A stretch of 32,000 nucleotides of DNA from Bdellovibrionota bacterium (lineage in GTDB: Bacteria; Bdellovibrionota; UBA1018; CAUJDS01): the NCBI GenBank assembly GCA_963169695.1, contig CAUJDS010000062.1, forward strand, positions 10,792 to 42,791, written 5' to 3'. The notes below the pieces were generated by a model that was not told the origin of the DNA, made no database searches, and saw only the letters and a program-made list of their open reading frames with translations. This document shows, piece after piece, positions 24,274 to 32,000 of this stretch (position 1 is the first letter of the stretch; every line of letters begins with the position of its first letter). The translations under genes were made by a program, and so were the position numbers.

Positions 24274-24670
24274 AAGCCTTGCAAGAGACTACCTGATTCG
24301 TTGTGAAAAGCGACTCAAGGCCCTGAAAGTCCTTCTGGATGAGCAGGCCTATCCAGATGTGGTTCGTGAAGCACAGGAGGTTGTGGAACTAGCTTTGAAG
24401 GGCCTGCTTCGTTTTTCGGGGGTCGATGTTCCTCGCGTCCACGATGTATCAGGCGTACTGAATGCCGAAGTGAAGCGGCTTCCTAAAGACTTGTCAGCCA
24501 AGGATCTTCAGAGAATGTGCGCTATTTCCAAGGCACTTCGTAAGGATCGAGAACTCGCCTTCTACGGAAGCGAAGACTTAACACCTGGAGAATTCTACAA
24601 TCAGGAAGACGCACAGGTTGCCCTCAAAGACGCAACATGGGTCGTGCAGTCGGTTCGGAAGTGGGTCTAA
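24263..24670 (+). CDS. HEPN domain protein (partner of the MNT nucleotidyltransferase)
   Basis: The protein is an all-helical bundle (ARDYLIRCEKRLKALKVLLDEQAYPDVVREAQEVVELALKGLL...RKDRELAFYG) typical of PF05168-type HEPN. The start is set at GTG 24263, overlapping the NTase stop by 11 nt. The track start 24140 would overlap by 134 nt. No clean Rx4-6H motif is visible. Confidence 0.7.
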   Translation: MQNESLARDYLIRCEKRLKALKVLLDEQAYPDVVREAQEVVELALKGLLRFSGVDVPRVHDVSGVLNAEVKRLPKDLSAKDLQRMCAISKALRKDRELAFYGSEDLTPGEFYNQEDAQVALKDATWVVQSVRKWV

Positions 24671-24708
24671 ACAATTTGGCAGGCACGGATTTCAGCATTG
24701 CGATCAAT

Positions 24709-24987
24709 TTATCTACCTGGAAAAAGCTTCCGGTCAAAAAGAAACGGGCCCAACGGAATGCATGAGATGAAAACGGCCAGGGCAACCTTGTATTGTGACC
24801 ACTGAAGTTCGTTACGCAGGACCTGAGCCCCCAGGCAGTACACAACAAAAAGGAGGCCGTGAATCATTCCCACCACTCGAACAGCTTCAGGAATACCTGC
24901 CAAGTACTTCAAAGGCATCGCGATAAAGAGGAGAACCAAAAGCGAGCTGGCCTCGATCAATCCAAGCATTCGAAATTTCGATTTCAT
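24709..24987 (-). CDS. DUF3817 (YdzA-like) small membrane protein
   Basis: The 92-aa protein reads LGLIEASSLLVLLFIAMPLKYLAGIPEAVRVVGMIHGLLFVVY...IPLGPFLFDRKL. This matches the conserved MPLKY...G..HG..F..Y...PFG.F..D pattern of DUF3817. Confidence 0.75.
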   Translation of the reverse strand: MKSKFRMLGLIEASSLLVLLFIAMPLKYLAGIPEAVRVVGMIHGLLFVVYCLGAQVLRNELQWSQYKVALAVFISCIPLGPFLFDRKLFPGR

Positions 24988-25152
24988 AGTATGCCGAACC
25001 CTCTAACACCGGTAAGAGTGAATTTCTATGTTTGAGATGAAGTGAAGGCTTGATGTCGAACTACGCGAAATCTAACGCATCAAATCTTATCGCATTTTTT
25101 ACCATCTTTTTCTCATTGACTATATCCAACAAAAGGCCGACTATTATAGGGT

Positions 25153-26328
25153 ATGTTCAATAGAACACTTAAACTACCGTTATCACGAAGTTTTTTTCTA
25201 TTTGGCCCTCGTGGAGTTGGAAAATCCACCCTCCTAAAAGTCCTCTTTCAGAATGAAAGCCCTCTCTGGCTCGACCTACTCAACCCAGACCTCGAAAGAC
25301 AATTTTCGAGAAGCCCTTCAGGTCTTGGGCTCCTGCTGGAAAGAGAGATAACCAAATCACGGACCAAGCCTCACTGGGTAGTAATCGATGAGGTCCAAAA
25401 AGTACCAGAGCTACTCAATGTCGTTCAGGCCTGGATGAGTAAAAAGCAGTTTCACTTTGCGTTGACGGGGTCGAGTGCTCGCAAACTAAAACGAGGTGGT
25501 GCAAATCTATTGGCCGGAAGGGCTTCATGGTTTGAGCTCTTCGGACTTTCCACGGTGGAACTTGGAGATCGCTTTGAAATCGAAGACTCATTGAACTGGG
25601 GCTCCCTTCCCGAGATCTTTTCCCTGAATGAAATGGATCGTATCAGGTACCTGAAGGCCTATGCGCAGGTCTACCTCAAAGAAGAAATCCTAGCAGAACA
25701 GCTCGTCAGAAAGGCTCAGCCCTTTCGGGAATTTTTGACTCTAGCTGCCCTTCAAAATGCTCAGATCATCAATTTTTCAAAATTTGGAAGGGACTGTGGT
25801 GTCGACACTACAACCGTCCAAAACTACTTTGAAATCCTCTGCGACACTTTGGTAGGTTTTCTTATTCAACCCTACCACCGATCTATTCGCAAGAGACAGA
25901 GAACGAATCCCAAATTCTATTTCTTTGATACGGGTGTCACTCGAGCACTCGCCGGTTCGTTAGAAAGCAAACTCACTCCTCAAACCACCGCCTATGGAAA
26001 GATGTTTGAACAGTTTGTTGTGACAGAGATTTATCGTCGCGCAAAATCGCTGGAGAAAGACCTGAAATTGAGCTATCTCACAACCAAGGATCAAGGCGAG
26101 ATTGATCTGATCGTTGAGCAAACTTCACATCCACCTGTTGCCATTGAAATTAAATCTTCCCGCAGCGTAGATGAAGTGGCTGTCCGTCGCTTTTCTCGAC
26201 TAGCTTCTGACATTCCAAAGGCCATTCCTCTTTGGATATCACAAGATCCTACACCGAAAAGAATTCAAGGAGTCGAGTGTCTCCCTTGGAACCGAGGCAT
26301 CGAATTTCTTATGCAAGGTCCACCCTAG
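25153..26328 (+). CDS. AAA-type ATPase (AAA_14/DUF4143 architecture) with C-terminal PD-(D/E)xK-like motif
   Basis: Walker A is LFGPRGVGKSTLL and Walker B is WVVIDEVQKV. The middle region is DUF4143-like. The C-terminal GEIDLIVEQ...VAIEIKSS resembles a D...ExK restriction-endonuclease-fold motif. Confidence 0.8.
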   Translation: MFNRTLKLPLSRSFFLFGPRGVGKSTLLKVLFQNESPLWLDLLNPDLERQFSRSPSGLGLLLEREITKSRTKPHWVVIDEVQKVPELLNVVQAWMSKKQFHFALTGSSARKLKRGGANLLAGRASWFELFGLSTVELGDRFEIEDSLNWGSLPEIFSLNEMDRIRYLKAYAQVYLKEEILAEQLVRKAQPFREFLTLAALQNAQIINFSKFGRDCGVDTTTVQNYFEILCDTLVGFLIQPYHRSIRKRQRTNPKFYFFDTGVTRALAGSLESKLTPQTTAYGKMFEQFVVTEIYRRAKSLEKDLKLSYLTTKDQGEIDLIVEQTSHPPVAIEIKSSRSVDEVAVRRFSRLASDIPKAIPLWISQDPTPKRIQGVECLPWNRGIEFLMQGPP

Positions 26329-26956
26329 GACAAAGCTCGCTGAGAAAGCAATCGTCGCAAAGGGGCTTTCTTGCCTGGCAGATAGCCCGGCCGTGATCAA
26401 TCCATAGGTGATTGAGAGCGGTCCAGTTTTCTTTTGGAAAGACCTTCATCAAATCAAATTCGACTTTGGTTGCATCCTTATTCCGTGAGAATCCAAGCCT
26501 CCGCGCAAGTCGACCCACATGAGTATCTACGACGACTCCAGGGATTCCAAAGGCGGTGCCCAATACCACATTGGCTGTTTTGCGACCCACGCCGCGCAAG
26601 GCGGTCAGGGCTTCTAGGTCTCGAGGAACTTCACCCGAATGCTGCTCGACCAAAGCCTGCGATAGCTTAAGAAGCGACGCGGCTTTGTTGCGATAGAAGC
26701 CGGTGGAGTGAATCAAGGCTTCAAGCTCGGATTTCTTGGCGCGAGCCATGGCAGGGGCATCTGGATATTTCTCGAAGAGCTTGGGCGTCACCTGGTTGAC
26801 CCGCGCGTCGGTACACTGTGCACTCAAGACCGTAGCGACGATCAACTCAAAGGGATTGCGAAAATGGAGGCTGCATTTGGCGTCAGGGTAGTGAGACCTC
26901 AAAAGCTCGAACATCTGAGAGCCGCGCTTTTTTAGGGATGCTTGCGACTCAGCCAT
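26309..26956 (-). CDS. nth: Endonuclease III (DNA glycosylase/AP lyase)
   Basis: The HhH-GPD element is LTALRGVGRKTANVVLG, followed by VVDTHV. The 4Fe-4S cluster loop is CQARKPLCDDCFLSELC (C-x6-C-x2-C-x5-C). The start is chosen at ATG 26956 by alignment to the E. coli Nth N-terminus. The maximal ORF reaches 26980. Confidence 0.9.
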   Translation of the reverse strand: MAESQASLKKRGSQMFELLRSHYPDAKCSLHFRNPFELIVATVLSAQCTDARVNQVTPKLFEKYPDAPAMARAKKSELEALIHSTGFYRNKAASLLKLSQALVEQHSGEVPRDLEALTALRGVGRKTANVVLGTAFGIPGVVVDTHVGRLARRLGFSRNKDATKVEFDLMKVFPKENWTALNHLWIDHGRAICQARKPLCDDCFLSELCPRVDLA

Positions 26957-28599
26957 GAAGCTACTTGCTCGACTTTCCAAGTATTGATGATCTGATCGCG
27001 AGGAAGGAGCGCTTTGCGGGCAAGTCCAATACCATGCACGGTATCTTCCAACCCTTCCAAAGAGTGCGCATCTGGATTGATGGACGTCAGCATTTGCACC
27101 TCGCGAATTTCAGGGCCCCACCGCCAATCAATATCCAGTCGCGTAGGATGCGAATTGATTTCGATTGCGACGTCATGGTCCTTCGCTTCCTGAATCAATC
27201 GAGGAATATCAATGTCATAAGCCTTTCGTCCTAGGAGCAATCGTCCAGTCAGGTGCCCAATAAAGCGTGTGCTAGGATGCCGAATGGCCTTGAGGATTCG
27301 ATCCGTCATTTCTTGACGTTCCATTTTAAAACGCGAGTGGATCGATGCAATCACGAAGTCAAACTTCTTCAAAACACGATCCGGATAATCCAACGAGCCA
27401 TCTTGAAGGATATCGCTCTCAACACCCCAAAAAACTCGAATCTCTGGATAACGTTCTTGGACTTGGCGAATTTCTTTTTCTTGAGACTTGAGGTCGTCTT
27501 CCTTTAAGCCTCTTGCATAAAACGCGGACTGGCTGTGATCCGAAATACCAATGTAGCGATACCCAAGGTCTCGAGCTCGCCGAACCATCGAATCCAAATC
27601 CGCCTTTCCATCCGAACGTGTCGTGTGTGTGTGAAACACCCCCTGAACATCATTCCACCCAACGAGTTTGTCCCACTGGGGTGTTCGAGCCATGGCTACT
27701 TCTTCCCCTGTCTCGCGCGACTCGGGGGGTATCCACGGGAGCTTCAACTTGCGATAAAAATCCACTTCGCTCTCGGAGTCAGGTGCGGTCTTGATCTTCA
27801 ACGCCTTCCAATGAGCCTCGGAAGAAGCAAGTTTGACGCTCGTTCCGCCAAAACTTTGCGGGCTTGTCCAATGGAGTTGAATCGGAAAACGCTCCTTCGA
27901 ATCCTCACGCCATTCCTTAAGTAGTGCGTCTGCTTTCTTCTGCAGAGTCTTTTGGTCCTTAGCTTCCGCGACGATCAAGATCTCGAGCTTCTCCAAGGTT
28001 TCGAGTCGACGTGCAAAGGCTCCAACAGGTTCAACTCGTAGGCCCTTGCCCAATCGCTCTTGAAGTAACTTCTGAACCGCTTGAAAAACCGGCCGCGCGT
28101 CGACCCACGACTTGAGATTCTGCTGGGACTTCAAAAACTCAATCCCCTCTAAGACCTGCTTTTGGAGCTTTTCTCCAAAGCCTTTCATTTTTTGAAGGCG
28201 GTTCTCTCGACAGGCGTATTCCAGCTCGATCAGGGTGTGCACGTCTAGGTCCTCTATAACTTGACGCGCTCGCTTTGGACCCAAGCCAGGGATCTTAGCC
28301 ATTTCGCGAAGCCCTTCTGGCAATTCTGCAGCAAGCTGATCTCGCTCGAGGCTTTTGCCAGTCGTGCCGTATTCTGCAAGCAGTCCCTCTATCCCTTTGC
28401 CAATTCCATCCAACTCTTGGAGCGTTCCGGCCTGAAGCCGCTTTCCAAATTCTGCTTCCGGCAGTTCACCAAGGACTTTGAGAGCCTTCTCATAGGCTCT
28501 GAGCCGAAACGGATTGCCCCCCGAGAGCTGAAGGACTTCGTAGACATCTCTTAGTAGAGATAAATGATCATCTTTTTGAACGCTTTGCCACTTTCCCAT
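26932..28599 (-). CDS. polX: Family X DNA polymerase with C-terminal PHP domain (PolX)
   Basis: The N-terminus reads NPFRLRAYEKALKVL, with HhH elements (LDGIGKGI, IPGLGPKRARQ) and a Pol-beta-like core. The PHP domain has GVFHTHTTRSDG and ISDHS. The protein is 555 aa. Confidence 0.85.
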   Translation of the reverse strand: MGKWQSVQKDDHLSLLRDVYEVLQLSGGNPFRLRAYEKALKVLGELPEAEFGKRLQAGTLQELDGIGKGIEGLLAEYGTTGKSLERDQLAAELPEGLREMAKIPGLGPKRARQVIEDLDVHTLIELEYACRENRLQKMKGFGEKLQKQVLEGIEFLKSQQNLKSWVDARPVFQAVQKLLQERLGKGLRVEPVGAFARRLETLEKLEILIVAEAKDQKTLQKKADALLKEWREDSKERFPIQLHWTSPQSFGGTSVKLASSEAHWKALKIKTAPDSESEVDFYRKLKLPWIPPESRETGEEVAMARTPQWDKLVGWNDVQGVFHTHTTRSDGKADLDSMVRRARDLGYRYIGISDHSQSAFYARGLKEDDLKSQEKEIRQVQERYPEIRVFWGVESDILQDGSLDYPDRVLKKFDFVIASIHSRFKMERQEMTDRILKAIRHPSTRFIGHLTGRLLLGRKAYDIDIPRLIQEAKDHDVAIEINSHPTRLDIDWRWGPEIREVQMLTSINPDAHSLEGLEDTVHGIGLARKALLPRDQIINTWKVEQVASWLSRKHP

Positions 28600-28685
28600 A
28601 CTGGTCTCAATATCACAGACCGAGGAGAGGCTTTACTAATCTAACCAAAACAGGCAAACCTAGGATCCTATAAGGAGTTTTAACC

Positions 28686-29279
28686 ATGAGTGCACGTCTA
28701 TCGAGTCGTCCCTTGGCCTTTGAAATTACGCAGACCGATCCCAAGCGCCTCTCGCTTATGCGAGACAGCCTATGGGTTTTGAGTGGAAGCATCGTACTTG
28801 CCTTGTCGTCTAAGGCAAGTCTCGTACTACCTGGCACAGTGATTCCAATGACGTTGCAAACGCTCGCAGTCCTTCTCCTCGCCACCACGTTGGGTTCGCA
28901 TCGAGCAGCTGCCGCTGTAGTACTTTACTTAGTAGAAGGTGCATTGGGTGCTCCGGTTTTTGCTCTGGGTGGAGGAATTGCGGTCCTCATGGGTCCCACT
29001 GGCGGATACCTCCTGGGCTTTTTACCAGCGGCCTACCTTGTTGGTCGATGGGCAGAAAAAGGCTGGGATCGCCAACCTGTAAGTGCTGGAATTATTTTTC
29101 TTCTCGGTCACCTAGCCATCCTGCTGTCAGGAGTCACTTTTCTTTCGGCTTGGATCGGTTGGGACGCAGCCTGGATTCAAGGTTTTTATCCGTTTGTTCT
29201 GGGAAGTTTCTATAAATCCATTCTTGGAGCGATTGCAGCTCCCACGGCACTAACCCTCTTCAGCAAGGAAAGATCATGA
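28686..29279 (+). CDS. bioY: Biotin transporter BioY (ECF S-component)
   Basis: An SD aaggag lies at 28672-28677. The sequence LPGTVIPMTLQTLAVLLLATTLG...GAPVFA...GPTGGYLLGF is typical of BioY. Confidence 0.85.
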   Translation: MSARLSSRPLAFEITQTDPKRLSLMRDSLWVLSGSIVLALSSKASLVLPGTVIPMTLQTLAVLLLATTLGSHRAAAAVVLYLVEGALGAPVFALGGGIAVLMGPTGGYLLGFLPAAYLVGRWAEKGWDRQPVSAGIIFLLGHLAILLSGVTFLSAWIGWDAAWIQGFYPFVLGSFYKSILGAIAAPTALTLFSKERS

Positions 29280-30289
29280 GCGCACCTACTCGGATTGGCA
29301 TCAACGGCTTTGGCAGAATTGGTCGAAAAGTATTTCGACTGTCGCTTCAGAATGACAACGTCGAGGTCGTCGGTATCAATGACCTCGGAAATATACAGAC
29401 CCTTGCTCACCTTCTCAAATACGATTCGGTACATGGCAACCTCCAAGCATCCATCCAGGTCGACGGACAGAACCTGATTGTTGACGGGAAGAAGGTACGA
29501 GTATTTTCAGAAAAAGATCCCGCTGCGCTTGGGTGGGACAGCGTTGCAACACAGGTCGTGCATGAATGCACGGGCATCTTCAAAGACAAAGAGAAGGTCG
29601 CCAAACACATGAGGCCTGGCGTAAAGAAGGTCATCATTTCTGCACCAGCCACGGATCCAGACCTTACGATTTGCATGGGCGTGAATGAGGCCGCTTATCA
29701 GCCTTCACAACATCATATTTTGTCCAATGCCTCTTGCACCACCAACTGTTTAGCGCCATTGGCGAAGGTTCTGGACGATCACTGGGGAATCGTGCGCGGA
29801 AGCATGACGACGATTCATAGTTACACCAATGACCAAAACATCCTCGACCTTCCACACAGTGACTTGCGACGGGCGCGAGCTGCAGCTTTATCCATGATTC
29901 CGACTTCAACTGGCGCTGCCAAAGCGGTGGGCCTTGTCCTTCCTCACTTAAAGGGCAAATTGGATGGATACTCCGTACGCGTACCAACACCCAATGTGTC
30001 GCTAGTAGACTTTGTCTGCGAAACCAAGAAGCCCACATCTGCCAAAGAAATCAACGACGCCTATACGAAAGCCTCCACTTCTGAACTCAAAGGCATCTTA
30101 GCCGTCTCTGACGAACCGTTGGTCTCTTGTGACTACAATGGCAATGTTTCAAGCTCGACCGTCGATATGGAGTTGACCAAAGTCATGGATGGCAACTTTG
30201 TAAAGGTAGTCGCTTGGTACGATAACGAATCTGGTTTCTCGCAGCGAATGCTAGACCTCACGCTCTTCTTGGCCAAGAAGGGACTGTGA
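29276..30289 (+). CDS. gap: Type I glyceraldehyde-3-phosphate dehydrogenase
   Basis: INGFGRIGR is the NAD-binding motif and SNASCTTNCLAP is the active-site signature. WYDNE is also present. The gene overlaps bioY by 4 bp (ATGA). Confidence 0.95.
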   Translation: MSAPTRIGINGFGRIGRKVFRLSLQNDNVEVVGINDLGNIQTLAHLLKYDSVHGNLQASIQVDGQNLIVDGKKVRVFSEKDPAALGWDSVATQVVHECTGIFKDKEKVAKHMRPGVKKVIISAPATDPDLTICMGVNEAAYQPSQHHILSNASCTTNCLAPLAKVLDDHWGIVRGSMTTIHSYTNDQNILDLPHSDLRRARAAALSMIPTSTGAAKAVGLVLPHLKGKLDGYSVRVPTPNVSLVDFVCETKKPTSAKEINDAYTKASTSELKGILAVSDEPLVSCDYNGNVSSSTVDMELTKVMDGNFVKVVAWYDNESGFSQRMLDLTLFLAKKGL

Positions 30290-31467
30290 TGAAGAATATC
30301 CATTCCATCCGAGACCTGCGCATTGCCAATCAGCGCGTTTTTATGCGTGTGGACTTCAATGTCCCTTTGAGCGAGCCCGATGCCGAAGGTCAAAGAAAAA
30401 TCCTCGAAGACAATCGCATTCAAGAATCCATTCCATGCATCAAGTATGCATTGGAAAATGGAGCGCGACTGATTCTGGCGTCTCATCTGGGCCGGCCCGA
30501 CGGCAAAGTGAGCCCCGAGTACTCGCTTGAACCTATCGCAGCCTACTTGGCTGAGGCACTTGGCGTGGAGGTTCTGCTCGCAGAAGACTACCTCAGCGAG
30601 GGATTCGAACTCCTGGTTCAGACCATGAAACCCGGAACCGTTATCCTTCTTGAGAATTTGCGCTTTCATGGAGCAGAAGAAGCTAATCAACCCGAGTTCT
30701 GTCACGCATTGGCGCGATTCACCGACATCTATGTGAGTGACGCCTTCGGGACCGCGCATCGCAAACACGCGTCCACTTATGGCCTACCTCAATTGATTGC
30801 AAAAAAAGGTGCAGGCTTCTTAATTGAGAAAGAACTAGAATTTCTGGAGCCTCTTCTCAAGGGACCCGCAAAGCCTTTTTATCTGGTTCTTGGTGGATCC
30901 AAGGTCAGCGATAAAATCAAGATGGTCGATCAACTTCTTAAGCATGTTCAGGGCGTTCTGATTGGTGGAGCCATGGCCCATGCTTTTACGAAAGCAAAAG
31001 GGATGACGCTACCGCCGAAAGCCAAGCAGCCGGCTGATTCGGACGTTGACTGCGCTCGCACGATCATGAGGGATGCTGAGCGAAGAGAGATTCCGCTCTT
31101 ACTTCCAGTTGATACGCTCGAGGGCTTTGATATCGGCCCTCGTACGGTGATGGCTTTTTCTGATTTTTTAACAAACGCCAAGACGATTTTTTGGAATGGT
31201 CCCTTGGGTTGGTTTGAAAATCCAGAATACGCTTCAGGCACGATGAATGTCGCAAAGGCTATCGCCAAGATCCAAGCGATAAAAATAGTTGGTGGTGGTG
31301 ACACGGTTTCAGCAATCAAACTCAGTGGCGTCGCAGAAAGTTACAACCATCTTTCAACGGGTGGCGGAGCTGTGCTGAAGTATTTGGAAGGCAAGGGTCT
31401 TCCAGGAATCGACGTGCTCAAGTTTGATCCCAAGCGCGTAGAGCCAGCAGTACTCTCAGGAGAATAA
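30286..31467 (+). CDS. pgk: Phosphoglycerate kinase
   Basis: Motifs RVDFNVPL, ASHLGRP, and FWNGPLG...STGGGA are present. The ATGA start overlaps the gap stop. Confidence 0.95.
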   Translation: MMKNIHSIRDLRIANQRVFMRVDFNVPLSEPDAEGQRKILEDNRIQESIPCIKYALENGARLILASHLGRPDGKVSPEYSLEPIAAYLAEALGVEVLLAEDYLSEGFELLVQTMKPGTVILLENLRFHGAEEANQPEFCHALARFTDIYVSDAFGTAHRKHASTYGLPQLIAKKGAGFLIEKELEFLEPLLKGPAKPFYLVLGGSKVSDKIKMVDQLLKHVQGVLIGGAMAHAFTKAKGMTLPPKAKQPADSDVDCARTIMRDAERREIPLLLPVDTLEGFDIGPRTVMAFSDFLTNAKTIFWNGPLGWFENPEYASGTMNVAKAIAKIQAIKIVGGGDTVSAIKLSGVAESYNHLSTGGGAVLKYLEGKGLPGIDVLKFDPKRVEPAVLSGE

Positions 31468-31468
31468 G

Positions 31469-32000
31469 ATGGCTCAACCTCAGCAGCGCAAGATCTGGGT
31501 GGCTGGCAATTGGAAGATGAACCAATCGCGCGAGGAGATTCGAAGATTCTTTGAATCCCTCAAACAAAATTGGACTCCAACCGAAAAAGTAGCGGTCGCC
31601 CTATTTCCAACTGCACTTGGAATTGCGCAGGCTCAAGAATCGTCAAAAGGCATGGGCATCCAGATTGGAACTCAAAATGCCCATTGGGAAAAGTCTGGCG
31701 CCTATACGGGAGAGCTATCAGGGCCACTTCTCAAAGAAGCAGGGGTCAATCTCTGCTTGGTGGGTCACTCTGAACGGAGACAGTACTTCGGAGAAACCAA
31801 TCAGACCGTGCACCTTCGGACCAAAAGCCTTTTGTCACAAGGGCTTCACGTCATGGCATGCATTGGTGAGACACGCCCCGAACGTGAATCCGGAAATACC
31901 AACAACATCCTTCAGGCACAACTCGAGGCTCTACTAATGGCGGGAGACGATTCCTTTCGCACGCAGGCTTGCGAGCGTCTAGTAATTGCCTACGAGCCAG
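31469..32000 (+). CDS. tpiA: Triosephosphate isomerase (3' end outside window)
   Basis: ATG 31469 lies 1 nt after the pgk stop. My translation gives MAQPQQRKIWVAGNWKMN...GAYTGE...VGHSERR...VIAYEP, which are the TIM signatures. The frame stays open to the window end, so it is absent from the ORF track. Confidence 0.9.
   Translation, partial: MAQPQQRKIWVAGNWKMNQSREEIRRFFESLKQNWTPTEKVAVALFPTALGIAQAQESSKGMGIQIGTQNAHWEKSGAYTGELSGPLLKEAGVNLCLVGHSERRQYFGETNQTVHLRTKSLLSQGLHVMACIGETRPERESGNTNNILQAQLEALLMAGDDSFRTQACERLVIAYEP

Noticed and set aside
25116-25148. Sigma70 promoter for the ATPase gene (TTGACT ... TATTAT)
   Set aside because: The spacer is 21 nt, which is outside the functional range. The hexamers are therefore probably coincidental.
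28600-28685. BirA/BioR-type biotin operator upstream of bioY
   Set aside because: I found no inverted repeat of the TGTAAACC/GGTTTACA type or any other convincing dyad. Only a CCTAGG palindrome is present.
30133-30768. 211-aa minus-strand ORF
   Set aside because: It is antisense to the unmistakable gap and pgk coding sequences, so it is a shadow ORF.

Overview
This is a 32-kb chromosomal window of roughly 50% GC by hand counts. It comes from a Gram-negative bacterium, judged by C-terminal-Phe beta-barrel proteins and lipoprotein signal peptides. The many orphan secreted proteins are reminiscent of Bdellovibrio-like predators, but that is an unverified impression. I can support about 33 protein genes, one tRNA-Glu and several repeats. 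I saw no rRNA, CRISPR array, integrase or transposase. The backbone is housekeeping. It includes a GT-C glycosyltransferase, a YkgJ Cys-cluster protein, acyl-CoA dehydrogenase, a TauE exporter, an rnd-grxC operon, prfC, a fatty-acyl-CoA ligase, an Slt-type lytic transglycosylase, a grxD-bolA pair, a polX-nth repair pair, bioY and a gap-pgk-tpiA operon. Two accessory islets stand out. (i) At 15.24-19.94 kb, four genes sit between divergent core genes and are bracketed by a 34-bp direct repeat (32/34 identical), with a 67-bp perfect-arm palindrome and tandem GTACCTAAACGA 12-mers at the right end. The four genes are a GC-rich secreted orphan, a RelE/XRE toxin-antitoxin pair and a 953-aa secreted orphan. 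This is the best candidate for something undescribed. (ii) At 23.67-26.33 kb lie an RHH-fused MNT nucleotidyltransferase plus HEPN pair, a DUF3817 membrane protein and an AAA/DUF4143 ATPase with a PD-(D/E)xK-like tail. Smaller oddities are a 22-bp duplicate of the tRNA-Glu 3' end 192 bp from the tRNA, an in-frame TAG near the 5' end of the acyl-CoA dehydrogenase gene, and a strongly SD-preceded 51-codon ultra-basic ORF missing from the ORF track. All functional calls rest on motif recognition by eye; no database search was possible.
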